Shown here piece after piece: positions 54,631 to 64,000 of a DNA stretch of 64,000 nt (within the stretch, counting starts at the first letter, position 1; every line of letters begins with the position of its first letter). The stretch comes from Methanobacteriota archaeon (GTDB lineage Archaea > Halobacteriota > Bog-38 > Methanoflorentales > Methanoflorentaceae). A program made the position numbers and the translations under genes. The stretch lies in the NCBI GenBank assembly GCA_963720465.1, contig OY970393.1, positions 640,001-704,000 of the forward strand. The letters are read 5' to 3'. A model generated the notes under the pieces. The model was not told the DNA's origin. It did not search any database and saw only the letters and a program-made list of their open reading frames with translations.

Positions 54631-55550
54631 TTGTTGCGCTCGTCGGTGATCTCTTCTATGACCTTGTCAGGCGAAGGCGCTACGACGCGGACGAAGATCG
54701 GGCCAAGCGGATCCTGCCAAAAGTTTACCTTTCCGACCAGCGCCGCTTGCTTGTTTAACGTGAACTCAAAAGAGTCGAATTTCACCCGTTTCATAAGCTC
54801 CACGTATGCCGCGGATCGAATTCGCTGCACTCGCAGAAGGCGGGTAAACGTCTCAAGCGTGTGACTGGTTCCCCTTATCAAGTTGTTGGAGCGCTCCAAT
54901 GCTGCGTCTGGAAATATGTTCCGGATGGCGCATTCGACTTTATCTTGGGCTTCTGTTTCGTGGATTGGCGTTTGCACGCTTATCTCGATACCAGACGCCG
55001 GGATAACCGAAGAGAGTCGTTCAATCACGTCAGCCACAGAAGACTTGAACTGTTCAAGGCTCCCCTCATTCGATATGCGACAGTCAGCCGCGCTCAATGC
55101 TTCTTCGAGGCCCCAAGCTAACTCACGTTGATCTTTTTCTTCAAAGCCTGGAAATTCGGATGTGTCATCGGGGCGGCTTCTGCTCTTAACCCTCTCAAAT
55201 CTAACCTCTGGGCTTGCAGCTACGGCGATGAGTTTAAAATTCGTGTTGAATTCTTTTCTGTAAGCATCCGCCTCTGCGACTCCTCTAAGACCATCTATCA
55301 CGACCTTTTGAGATGAGAGCGCGCGGACTCCGGGAATGCACATTTGGGCTATTGCATCCATCCCATATCGAGCACGCAGTTCGTTTGCGATTGCGCCGAC
55401 GTTTTGTTCACTTAACTCGATTCCGCGCTCGCGCATGTAGGATCGTACCGCATCACCCATAGCGACCACGATAAACCCATGGGCCTGTGCTACAGCCGTT
55501 GCTTCAGATTTGCCCGACCCAGGAAATCCTACAAACCCGATGATTAACAA
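54627..55550 (-). CDS. Fused UPF0200 P-loop kinase (archaeal dephospho-CoA-kinase-like) plus UPF0201/DUF54 RNA-binding domain
   Basis: GFPGSGKS, MGD.VR, IDGLRG, ISNEG; then IHETE...V..AI.NIFP, LNKQAA..G.VNF; TTG start at 55550. Confidence 0.82.
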   Translation of the reverse strand: MLIIGFVGFPGSGKSEATAVAQAHGFIVVAMGDAVRSYMRERGIELSEQNVGAIANELRARYGMDAIAQMCIPGVRALSSQKVVIDGLRGVAEADAYRKEFNTNFKLIAVAASPEVRFERVKSRSRPDDTSEFPGFEEKDQRELAWGLEEALSAADCRISNEGSLEQFKSSVADVIERLSSVIPASGIEISVQTPIHETEAQDKVECAIRNIFPDAALERSNNLIRGTSHTLETFTRLLRVQRIRSAAYVELMKRVKFDSFEFTLNKQAALVGKVNFWQDPLGPIFVRVVAPSPDKVIEEITDERNK

Positions 55551-55578
55551 ATCGCCCTCTCGAGGAGCGAGCGGTAGC

Positions 55579-56322
55579 TCAACATATGTCCTCGTCGCCT
55601 TTCTCACGCGTTCGAATTCTAAGCGGGCGCCGACATTGAACTGCTAGTTCAACGATCTCGTCGCGCGTTAAGGTGGTCAGATCTCTTCGAAAGCACATTT
55701 CAGCTCTGCCCTGCTGAAGTGCGTAACGAACCCCAAACGAGTTGACCATCTCAGTGATTTCGTTTTGACTAAGCAGCCCTTTGAAAAGCGTGGTTCTCAC
55801 TTCAAAATCCAGAATTTTGTGTGCAGCTAAGGCTGCGCAGCCTATGCCAATTGCCCGCCTAATCTTCTCGACATATGCGTTCGCCTTTCCTATACCGATG
55901 ATTCGCGCATATTTTTCTGGATCGGAGAGAGGCGCTTTAAGATCGATAAAGAGTCCGTCGAGCAACTGAGCGTCGATCAGCGTATCCAAGACCTCTGGAA
56001 ATGTACCATTTGTCTCGATTCCTATCAGAAGGCCTTCTTTTTTTGCCTCTTCAGCTAACGACTGAAGTAAGTTCGGACGCAGCGTCGGTTCGCCGCCAGA
56101 AAAGACTAGTGCGCTTATATAATCTTTATTTCGCTGAATTTCACGTAGCAACCCGTCTACATTAATTGGCAGCACGGCGCCCCAAATCTTGTAGTTTTGG
56201 CAGTAACAACATTTGAAATTGCAGCCACGAAGAAATACTACCATTGAGGCTTTTCCAGGCCAATCAATAGTCGAGAACGGCACTACTATGGACTTATCGA
56301 AATTATCAAGGTTCAGTTGCAC
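55579..56322 (-). CDS. nrdG: Anaerobic ribonucleotide reductase activating protein (radical SAM)
   Basis: STIDWPG, GCNFKCCYCQN, SGGEPT, ETNG, DLKAP. Confidence 0.85.
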   Translation of the reverse strand: MQLNLDNFDKSIVVPFSTIDWPGKASMVVFLRGCNFKCCYCQNYKIWGAVLPINVDGLLREIQRNKDYISALVFSGGEPTLRPNLLQSLAEEAKKEGLLIGIETNGTFPEVLDTLIDAQLLDGLFIDLKAPLSDPEKYARIIGIGKANAYVEKIRRAIGIGCAALAAHKILDFEVRTTLFKGLLSQNEITEMVNSFGVRYALQQGRAEMCFRRDLTTLTRDEIVELAVQCRRPLRIRTREKGDEDIC

Positions 56323-56368
56323 AGAACACCAACTTCAACCAAAATATGCGTAATGTACTTTGTCAATG

Positions 56369-57430
56369 TCAGCCAAATAGTATGCTCGGAGGAGACTCTA
56401 TTCGAATCTTACTTAGAGCGTAGTCGAAATGGTTCGGCCTTACTACAGTTTCATCAATTATCGCTTGGTGCAGCGCAATCTTCAAAACCTTCTCGACTAG
56501 ATCCCTGCCTGAAAAGCCCTGTGTCTTGCCTGCTATTCTTGCAAGATCAACCGTTGCGTGCAGTGTGATTGGGAACGTCTTCGCGAAGTTAACGAGAATC
56601 TGCAGTCGTTCATCTGTGTTAGGGAGGGTGAATTCAATCTCTTCTTCAAATCTACTTCTTACAGAACCGTCAAGCGCACCGTACCGGTTAGTAGCTCCTA
56701 TGGTACAGATCCCTGACCTATCCTCAATTCCGTCCATCTCTGTCAGAAGGGCATTCACTATTTCTAGGACGTCGCCGCGGAGTTCTTGGTAACTTCGGTC
56801 GAGCGCTATTGCGTCAAGCTCGTCGAAAAATAAGATACACGGTGCGAGGTCTTTAGCTCGCGCATAAAGGAGATGTATCCTCGCGGCCCCCTCACCCACG
56901 TGCTCGCCTATCAGCTGAGTTGACTTAACGGTAAGCATCGGCGCATCTGTGAGACCAGATAACGCCTTCGCCATCATTGTTTTTCCAGTTCCAGACGGCC
57001 CAAAGAACAAAATGTTCTTAGGGGCCCACCTGCCAAAGCTTTCAGGGTCTTTCAAGTACTTTTCGATAAGCTTGCATTTCTTTTTTGCCGCGTGTTGTCC
57101 GACGATGTCGTCAAACAAGATGCCTGCAGCCACTTGGGGGATGCTGTTCTCTGTATCTTCCACGACAACTACGGTTGATTTTCCGATCGTCGCGTGCTTA
57201 GGTTCGACGTTGATGATTTCAAACGCAAAATCCGGATACATCCGACGATCAAACAAGTAGTCGCCCTTCTTTACCGAAGCGCCAAACCATTGCTCTTTAG
57301 CGTAATGATCGAATACTCTGGGTTCACTTACCTCTGGGTATTCAAATTCGCTCTTCATCGGATAGCCGGCGGGCTTTAGCACGATGAACTTGGCGGCAAT
57401 CGTGGGGTTCTTAATAGGCGAGGCGTTCAT
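56369..57430 (-). CDS. Archaeal AAA+ ATPase (COG1223-like)
   Basis: LKPAGYP, YAKEQW, GPSGTGKT, FFDELD, ATN, SRFEEEIEF. Confidence 0.9.
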   Translation of the reverse strand: MNASPIKNPTIAAKFIVLKPAGYPMKSEFEYPEVSEPRVFDHYAKEQWFGASVKKGDYLFDRRMYPDFAFEIINVEPKHATIGKSTVVVVEDTENSIPQVAAGILFDDIVGQHAAKKKCKLIEKYLKDPESFGRWAPKNILFFGPSGTGKTMMAKALSGLTDAPMLTVKSTQLIGEHVGEGAARIHLLYARAKDLAPCILFFDELDAIALDRSYQELRGDVLEIVNALLTEMDGIEDRSGICTIGATNRYGALDGSVRSRFEEEIEFTLPNTDERLQILVNFAKTFPITLHATVDLARIAGKTQGFSGRDLVEKVLKIALHQAIIDETVVRPNHFDYALSKIRIESPPSILFG

Positions 57431-57479
57431 TTTTTCTCTCTTGAGTGAATTATTATAAAAGTCAAAGATTAAATCATTT

Positions 57480-58049
57480 ATGATGCGCATGCAGAGCGTT
57501 AGAGCATTTATTGCGATTGACCCCGATAACGAGACGCGACAAAGACTTCTCACTATTCAACGCGAGAGCCTAAAGATGCGCGAGTTCTCATCAGTGAAAG
57601 TAGTCGACCCACTCGCGATGCATGTAACCTTAAGCTTCCTCGGAAATATCGCGCCTCCCGAACTCTTAGCTATCCGCGACGCATTGAGGTCGGTTTCGTT
57701 TCACCCGTTTTGTGTGACGCTTAACGGTATCGGCGCCTTTCCGAACACAAGAAGAATGAGAGTAATTCATGTTGGGCTGAGCGATTCTGCAGATCTAAAA
57801 AGATTACACAAGCTTATCGTTGAATCACTGAGAGGAGCAGACACATCGGAGAAAGAATTCGATCCGCACATCACCCTCGGTAGAGTCAAACGGGCTATTC
57901 CATCAGAAATGAAGGACTTGGCTAACCTTATGGCCCCACTCTCATCGCTCTTCGTTGGTCGGCTCAACGTTTCCTCTTTTCTACTAAAACAAAGCACCTT
58001 GACTCCTAACGGCCCCGTATATGATACGCTTGAGGAGTTCAAACTATGA
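57480..58049 (+). CDS. thpR: RNA 2',3'-cyclic phosphodiesterase (2H family)
   Basis: RAFIAI, HVTL and HITL motifs, STLTPNGPVY. Confidence 0.92.
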   Translation: MMRMQSVRAFIAIDPDNETRQRLLTIQRESLKMREFSSVKVVDPLAMHVTLSFLGNIAPPELLAIRDALRSVSFHPFCVTLNGIGAFPNTRRMRVIHVGLSDSADLKRLHKLIVESLRGADTSEKEFDPHITLGRVKRAIPSEMKDLANLMAPLSSLFVGRLNVSSFLLKQSTLTPNGPVYDTLEEFKL

Positions 58050-59416
58050 AAAACGAGCTAACGCGAGTGCAAATAAACGTGCTAAAAAGAATACGGCCCT
58101 CACGAGGCGAACGTGAGCGTCTGCATGCAGTTACCCAGCAGGTGATTGCAGCAGCACAAAACGCGCTCGCAAGCAGAAATCTAAGAGCGACTGTAGAAGT
58201 AATTGGCTCTGCTGCACGAGATACCTGGATTTTGGGCGATCAAGATATCGACATATTCATCGGATTTGACACCAGCACTTCGCGCGAAGACCTAGAACGC
58301 TACGGATTGGAAATAGGAAAAGAAATTGCGGTCGAAGGCTATGTCATAGGCTTTGCCGAGCATCCTTATGTAAAAGCTCGTTGCGGCGGTTTCGCTATTG
58401 ATGTCGTCCCACACTATCGAATCAAAAATACGCGCCAAATGTTCTCAGCAGTCGATAGGACCCCATTTCATCAGCAATTCGTAGCCGAGCACCTCGACGC
58501 GAGACATGATGAGGTCAGGCTGCTAAAACAATTCTTAAAGGGAGCGGGCATATACGGCGCAGAGTTACGAACCAAAGGATTCTCCGGATACCTCTGTGAG
58601 CTCCTCGTCATCAAATTTGGCTCCTTTGTAAACGTGTTGGAAAGCGTTCAGGATTGGAAAGTGGGGACCTGCATCAGCTTAACTAGCGCACAAGCTCGCA
58701 ACAGTTTCGCCAGCCCGTTGGCGGTCATCGACCCAGTAGACACAAATCGAAACGTAGCCGCTGCGGTCTCGCTAGATAGTTTTTCTATTTTCCTTGATTC
58801 TGCAAGGAGCTTCCTAGAAAGCCCGTGTATTGAGTGTTTTTTCCCCCCGCAGATCCCGCCCCTCGATGTTAGCGCCTTCCGGGCCATTATCAAGAAGCGA
58901 AAAACGACCGTATTTGGCGTGAAGTTTGACTTGCCAGATCTCGTTGACGATATCGCTTACCCGCAGCTCGAGCGAGCTCACAAGGGAATGCTAATCGCGC
59001 TGCAGCAGCACGGCTTTTCGGCGCTGCGAGGCGACATTTATTATTATCGAGGGGAGGCTGTTTTGCTCTTTGAAATGCTAGTTTCGCAACTCCCTGCAGT
59101 GAAAAGACACGAGGGCCCGCCTGTCGACTCAAAGCGGCACGCCAACAAGTTCAAGAAGAAATACGTCAACAACCCTCTCGTGTTGTCAGGACCATACATA
59201 GACGAGGGCCGCTACGTCGTTGAGCTTCGACGCAAGTATCTCACACTCCCCGAATACGTGGAAGCCGAGTTCAAGAACGTGCGCTCGAGCAAAGCAATCT
59301 TAAGCGCGATGGAAAAGGAGTTTCAGATCCTGAAAGACGACGAGCTTCTATACAACGAAAGCATGCGACTTTTTCTAGCGCGCTACTTTGACAAGACGCT
59401 CAGCAATTGCGACTAG
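58046..59416 (+). CDS. cca: CCA-adding tRNA nucleotidyltransferase (class I)
   Basis: GSAARDTW...DIDIF, AEHPY, SAVDRTPFH, GFSGYLCELL. Confidence 0.96.
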   Translation: MKNELTRVQINVLKRIRPSRGERERLHAVTQQVIAAAQNALASRNLRATVEVIGSAARDTWILGDQDIDIFIGFDTSTSREDLERYGLEIGKEIAVEGYVIGFAEHPYVKARCGGFAIDVVPHYRIKNTRQMFSAVDRTPFHQQFVAEHLDARHDEVRLLKQFLKGAGIYGAELRTKGFSGYLCELLVIKFGSFVNVLESVQDWKVGTCISLTSAQARNSFASPLAVIDPVDTNRNVAAAVSLDSFSIFLDSARSFLESPCIECFFPPQIPPLDVSAFRAIIKKRKTTVFGVKFDLPDLVDDIAYPQLERAHKGMLIALQQHGFSALRGDIYYYRGEAVLLFEMLVSQLPAVKRHEGPPVDSKRHANKFKKKYVNNPLVLSGPYIDEGRYVVELRRKYLTLPEYVEAEFKNVRSSKAILSAMEKEFQILKDDELLYNESMRLFLARYFDKTLSNCD

Positions 59417-59418
59417 AA

Positions 59419-60447
59419 TCACAGTTCCCAGTATTTTGATTGCACCTTGATCGCCCTCTCAACCCGATCGTTGATGTGCGTCGATATCCTACTATTGACG
59501 TCGTCTTCTTCCACTTGAGTCGGGAAATCGAATAACGATCCGCATATTGTGAGCGTAGAATCAGCTAGGGCTTGGAGATCATATCCTCCTTCTAGGCAGG
59601 CGATGACCTGTCCCTGCGGGGTTACAGATTTCACCCGTTCAGTCAATCCTCTAAACGCATTCGAGGTTGCAAGCATGCCGCCGATTGGGTCTGCGTAGTG
59701 TATATCCTGTCCAGCCGACACAAAGGTGAGTTCAGGTTCGAACTGTTGTGCTATTGGAATGAAGAGGCGGTCGTATGCGTAGAAGAAACCGTCATCATTC
59801 ACGCCTGGCGGAAGTGGCAGATTCACGGTGAACCCCTCGCCTTCTCCCGATCCTACTTCCTCAAAATCGCCTGTTCCTGGATAAAAAGGCCGTTGGTGCG
59901 TTGACATATACAGCACGCGCGAATCGCCATAGAAGGATGCCTGCGTTCCGTTGCCGTGATGCACATCCCAGTCGATTATTAAGACGCGTTCGATATCTTT
60001 ACTTGAGATGGCGTACTTCGCCGCGCAGGCAACATTATTAAAGATGCAAAACCCCATTGCCTTATTCCAGATCGCGTGATGGCCAGGAGGCCTGACAATC
60101 GCCATCACATTGTGCACGTCCGCCATAACGGCATCAACAGCACAAATGACCCCTCCGACGGCCAGGAGCGATACTTCATAGCTTTTCGAGGAACAATACG
60201 TATCCAAATCGAGCCACCCGCCCCCTGCTTCAGCAAGTCGGCGCACGCTCGCGATATATTGGACGTCATGATTAGCTCGTACTTGGTCGAGAGCCGCTCT
60301 AAACGGTTTAAGTATCTGAATACGTCTCGCCTTTTCATCTTCTCGTATACGTTCCATAATTGCTTCTATTCGGCTTTTGGATTCGATATGATCCCCCGTT
60401 TCGTGGTCTTTGTACGCAGGATCGTAAACGATCGCGCCTGCTGGCAT
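59419..60447 (-). CDS. Histone deacetylase family protein
   Basis: RPPGHHA, GFCIFNN, DWDVHHGNGTQ, LEGGY. Confidence 0.95.
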   Translation of the reverse strand: MPAGAIVYDPAYKDHETGDHIESKSRIEAIMERIREDEKARRIQILKPFRAALDQVRANHDVQYIASVRRLAEAGGGWLDLDTYCSSKSYEVSLLAVGGVICAVDAVMADVHNVMAIVRPPGHHAIWNKAMGFCIFNNVACAAKYAISSKDIERVLIIDWDVHHGNGTQASFYGDSRVLYMSTHQRPFYPGTGDFEEVGSGEGEGFTVNLPLPPGVNDDGFFYAYDRLFIPIAQQFEPELTFVSAGQDIHYADPIGGMLATSNAFRGLTERVKSVTPQGQVIACLEGGYDLQALADSTLTICGSLFDFPTQVEEDDVNSRISTHINDRVERAIKVQSKYWEL

Positions 60448-60569
60448 AATGATGAAAGGGTTTCATAAGCTTATTAACGTTATCTAACGACTGTCGCAGA
60501 AGCTGACGATGCCTGTTATCGGTCCACAGTTAGGTTCATTTACTTGTACACCGCAGTAATGGGTAGAAA

Positions 60570-61358
60570 ATGAGTTCTCTCAAAGTCGAAGATTACATGA
60601 CGCGCGAGGTCGTTACCGTTTCAGTCTCAGACACGGTCAAAGACGTCATAAGTCTTATAAGAAACACAAAACACGACGGGTTTCCGGTGGTCAAAGACCA
60701 CAAGATACTTGGGTACGTCTCATCACTCGACATCTTGTTGTGTGATCCTTCGGTCAAAGTCGCCGATATCATGTCAGTAGATTTAGTCGTTGCTCGTCGT
60801 GACATGGACTTGTTTGATGCCGCGCGGGTGTTGTTTAGATCAGACACCAAGAAACTGCCTGTAATTGACGATGACAGCAATGTAATTGGCATAATATCAA
60901 ACACAGATGTCATTAGATCGCAGATTGAACGGGCCACACCTGACAAGGTGTGGAAGCTTATGCGCACGCTACGAACAATTCACAAAGTCCAAGTAGAAGA
61001 GCACTTCGGCCGAGTGAGGATTATCGACCTAGTCCCAACGCAGTCAAAGATATATGCGGATGAGCTTGAAGGCAGAAGATATGAGCTTCAGAAAGGTCTA
61101 GCTGAACCATTAATCGTAATCCAGAAGCGTAACAAGATCTTGCTGGTAGACGGCCATCACAGGGCAGTCGCAGCCAAGCGTTTAGAGCTGAAAGAGGTCG
61201 ACGCTTACATCATTACGATGGATCGAGACATTTTTTTGGGTATGGAGCGAACGGCAGAGAACGTGGGACTAAAATCGCTGGCAGATATTCAAATCCTGGA
61301 GAGCGGCAGTCACCCTCTCATCGAAATTACTAAACGAAGCGGCTCGCGAAATGTGTGA
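60570..61358 (+). CDS. CBS-pair plus ParB/Srx-like domain protein
   Basis: Two CBS motifs; PTQ...ELEGR.YEL, LVDGHHR. Confidence 0.9.
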   Translation: MSSLKVEDYMTREVVTVSVSDTVKDVISLIRNTKHDGFPVVKDHKILGYVSSLDILLCDPSVKVADIMSVDLVVARRDMDLFDAARVLFRSDTKKLPVIDDDSNVIGIISNTDVIRSQIERATPDKVWKLMRTLRTIHKVQVEEHFGRVRIIDLVPTQSKIYADELEGRRYELQKGLAEPLIVIQKRNKILLVDGHHRAVAAKRLELKEVDAYIITMDRDIFLGMERTAENVGLKSLADIQILESGSHPLIEITKRSGSRNV

Positions 61359-61361
61359 GCG

Positions 61362-62246
61362 TCACACAAGCATCACAGAATTCAAAATCTCGCGCAGCAC
61401 ATCGGTTCGCGTTATGACTCCCGTCGGAGAACCGTTGTTCGTTACCAGCAGTCGGCCGACGTGATGTGTCTGGAGGAGACGTATGGCCTCATAAACGGGC
61501 CTATCGTCTTCGACCGACAGTAAATTTCCGCTCATGATATCTCCTGCAGAGCCGCGGTTTCCAAATGCAACGGCTTTTCCCAGATCCTTCAACGTGACTA
61601 CTCCTACAAGTTTTTCGCCGCGCTTTACCGGGGCCCCTTGAATATTGTGATCGATTAGGATCCTAGCAACTTCTTCAAGCGGTGCGTCGACATCGATCGT
61701 GACTAAATCGTTCGAAGCATACTCACTCACCGGCGCTTTCGGAAGAGATATCATCTCAGAGACCAAAACAATGAGTTTGTTCTCGGCGTCGTTTCTGCCG
61801 CACACCGTGCCTTTTATGGTTAGGTGATTCACAGGAGTTGGACCGAGCTTAAGAGTGTCGCCAATGGCGAACTCGCGAATGTTTCCCATTACCTTGATCG
61901 CGGCGCTGCACACGTCTGGATGTGCAACTGTCATAAAGTCGATTTCCTCGATCAGGACATCGCTTACTTCAGCGCCATTCTTAATCAAAACAACGTGAGC
62001 TTCTTCCCCCATCGTATCCAGTTCCAGTTCTCGATATGCAGCGCTCGTGGCCTTATATCCACCTTTAGGCCCTGGAACACCTTCTACAAGCTGAAGGGCC
62101 TTTAGCGATTGCATTTGATTTCTTATTGTGCCTGGATTTCGGCCAAGAATCTCGGCTATCTCTTCTCCTCTAATTGAGCGCGGCTTGCCACGATATAAGC
62201 TGACAAGAGTGCTTAAGATCTCTTTTTGCACCGACGTGAGTTCCAT
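61362..62246 (-). CDS. HTH plus CBS domain transcriptional regulator (COG2524-like)
   Basis: RNPGTIRNQMQSL, GPKGGY, GPTP, C-terminal CBS pair. Confidence 0.9.
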   Translation of the reverse strand: MELTSVQKEILSTLVSLYRGKPRSIRGEEIAEILGRNPGTIRNQMQSLKALQLVEGVPGPKGGYKATSAAYRELELDTMGEEAHVVLIKNGAEVSDVLIEEIDFMTVAHPDVCSAAIKVMGNIREFAIGDTLKLGPTPVNHLTIKGTVCGRNDAENKLIVLVSEMISLPKAPVSEYASNDLVTIDVDAPLEEVARILIDHNIQGAPVKRGEKLVGVVTLKDLGKAVAFGNRGSAGDIMSGNLLSVEDDRPVYEAIRLLQTHHVGRLLVTNNGSPTGVITRTDVLREILNSVMLV

Positions 62247-62313
62247 AGCTGTAATTAGTATGATTAATTATGAGATATAAGGTTTATTAGCTCGTGATGT
62301 CTAGGAGTACGAA

Positions 62314-63285
62314 ATGTTCAACATTCCGACTGTCCCCACTGCAGAGGAGCTACTGGGCAAAGCATTTCGAAAGAGTGTCAGGGCACGAGCAGGAAAATCG
62401 CCAGGGCGGACGGCAGAAAAGACGATGATTTTGACAGCGTCAAACATCCTTGCGGACAATCTTAGAGCTGTCGTGAGACGATTTCCGAACTTCGATGAGA
62501 TCGGCGCGTTCTACGCAGAGACAATCGACATTGTCGTTGGACTGGATCAGCTTAGGATATCATTGGCTTCAGTCACTTGGGCATCGACAAAAATCCATCA
62601 ACTCTCCAGGGTCGCAATCGGAAAAATTGCTCGGGCGTCAGATGCGAAAGCGGTTAGGAAGCAGACGTTTGGACGAACTGCTTCTATCATGAAAGAGATA
62701 GAGCCAGATCTCGATTTTTTGAATCGCGCCCGAAACACGATCAACGCGCTTCCCGCACTAGAAGATGAGCCAACCATACTAGTGGCGGGATATCCGAATG
62801 TTGGTAAGTCGAGTTTCGTCGCTTTTGTAACTAGCGCCAAACCCGAGATCGCACTTTACCCATTCACCACGAAGGGCATCATCGTCGGACACATACAGTA
62901 CTGCGATCGACGTTATCAGATTGTCGATTTGCCCGGACTGCTCGACCGCCCCGTTTCAAAAAGAAACGTCATAGAGCTTCAGGCGATTTCAGCTCTCAAA
63001 AACCTCGGGGACGCGGTATTGTTCATCGTTGATCCTTCGGGCACCTCTGGATACGAAGTGTCCGATCAACTAAACCTTCTGCGCGAGCTGAAATCTCAAG
63101 TCGGCCTTCCCGTCATAGTCGCAGCAAATAAAATGGATCTCGGGCCGGCAGAACCAGTGAACGAAGCTTTCGGGATCTCAACAATATCCGGTGAAGGAAT
63201 TGCAGCGGTGCTTAAAGCTTCAATTGATCTAGCAAGTCGTGCACACCACGCTCCCTTGACGACGCAGGCCGACGAAACTGCGTGA
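62314..63285 (+). CDS. NOG1-family GTPase
   Basis: GYPNVGKSS, YPFTTK, DLPGLLDRP, NKMD. Confidence 0.93.
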   Translation: MFNIPTVPTAEELLGKAFRKSVRARAGKSPGRTAEKTMILTASNILADNLRAVVRRFPNFDEIGAFYAETIDIVVGLDQLRISLASVTWASTKIHQLSRVAIGKIARASDAKAVRKQTFGRTASIMKEIEPDLDFLNRARNTINALPALEDEPTILVAGYPNVGKSSFVAFVTSAKPEIALYPFTTKGIIVGHIQYCDRRYQIVDLPGLLDRPVSKRNVIELQAISALKNLGDAVLFIVDPSGTSGYEVSDQLNLLRELKSQVGLPVIVAANKMDLGPAEPVNEAFGISTISGEGIAAVLKASIDLASRAHHAPLTTQADETA

Positions 63286-63288
63286 AGG

Positions 63289-64000
63289 TTAGAATGGCTT
63301 GACTCCCACGAGATAGCTTGCTAGCAGCAATCCGACGATCGCGCCTGAGTTCAAGAACGGCAAGCCCGCTTGCGGCTTTCCCTTAAGGACAAGCAACATC
63401 AGTCCCACATAACCCGCGAGCGTGCCAATAGCCGCGCCTAAGGCAGGAACATTAATGAACCCAAACGTCGGGGCACTCAAGAAGGTATTTGCAGATATTA
63501 CCAAAACGGTCGGGATTACAGCATCGCCCAGTCCCATAAAAAACGCTTCGCGCTTCTCTAGTTTTTCTTCGCCGGTCGCTTCAGAAGCTTCCTGTGACCA
63601 TTTCACGTGAGAATACCCTCTATTACGGGGGAGAACAAACAGTACCGGCAGGTTTAGATCGACGACACCCTCGGCGAGGCTAACCATATGTTTAGTCTCG
63701 TATACGGAGATAAAGTCGTAGATGGCGAGTGCTATTAGAAGTACCAGCGCAGGTAGGACGGCGAAAGAGATTCCAAATATTGCAGCCGCGCCAGCACCTA
63801 TTAGGATCCCAACGAGATCGATCACGTACCATTCTGGATAATAGAACAGGAAAAAAGCGGTCACGGCTGTTGCCGCGATCGCGATGAGCCACCCACTGTC
63901 AAGATTGAGTAGGACTGACGAATAAACGAAGTAGAGTGTTGAGATGATTACGAGGCCAATAATAACTTGTATCACCCACCGTTTGCCGAGCCTGATGATG
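63289..64000 (-). CDS. Presenilin-family intramembrane aspartyl protease (PSH), 5' end beyond the window
   Basis: IYDFISV, MGLGD, PQAGLPFLN; multiple hydrophobic segments. Confidence 0.9.
   Translation of the reverse strand, partial: IIRLGKRWVIQVIIGLVIISTLYFVYSSVLLNLDSGWLIAIAATAVTAFFLFYYPEWYVIDLVGILIGAGAAAIFGISFAVLPALVLLIALAIYDFISVYETKHMVSLAEGVVDLNLPVLFVLPRNRGYSHVKWSQEASEATGEEKLEKREAFFMGLGDAVIPTVLVISANTFLSAPTFGFINVPALGAAIGTLAGYVGLMLLVLKGKPQAGLPFLNSGAIVGLLLASYLVGVKPF

Noticed and set aside
60449-60506. C/D box sRNA candidate (ATGATGA...CTGA, 58 nt)
   Set aside because: The internal D'/C' boxes are very degenerate, and it coincides with the divergent promoter region of the HDAC and CBS-ParB genes.

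Overview
Archaeal chromosomal window of roughly 50% GC. Split rpoB''/B' and rpoA'/A'' genes, an F420-linked glutamate synthase cluster, HypB and a DUF2111 remnant point to a Halobacteriota/Methanomicrobia-type methanogen or relative; this placement is inferred from gene content. Most of the window is core genome: thiC, purE, ribC-ribH-ribL, topoisomerase VI, pyrC, RNase P RNA, RPA, TFB, RFC, FBP aldolase/phosphatase, the rpoH-rpoB-rpoA-L30e-nusA-S12-S7-EF2-EF1a-S10 cluster, rnz, thpR-cca, an HDAC-family gene, NOG1 and a presenilin homolog. Less ordinary features: (1) three tRNAs (Ala-CGC, Lys-TTT, Ser) whose 13-22 nt introns all contain TCT(T/A)AGG; (2) an accessory block at about 45.7-52.8 kb with a stand-alone Cys-rich PriS-like primase paralog, a PD-(D/E)xK-like protein, AbrB-like and SocA-like proteins, two unannotated charged micropeptides and a spacer rich in inverted repeats; (3) an NrpR-type operator and long leader before the glutamate synthase operon; (4) single-base frameshifts in ribL and hisG at the same AGGTACT heptamer; (5) rfcS lacking a canonical start codon; (6) two pseudogenes. 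No CRISPR array, transposase or integrase was seen. All family assignments come from motif recognition by eye, not database searches.
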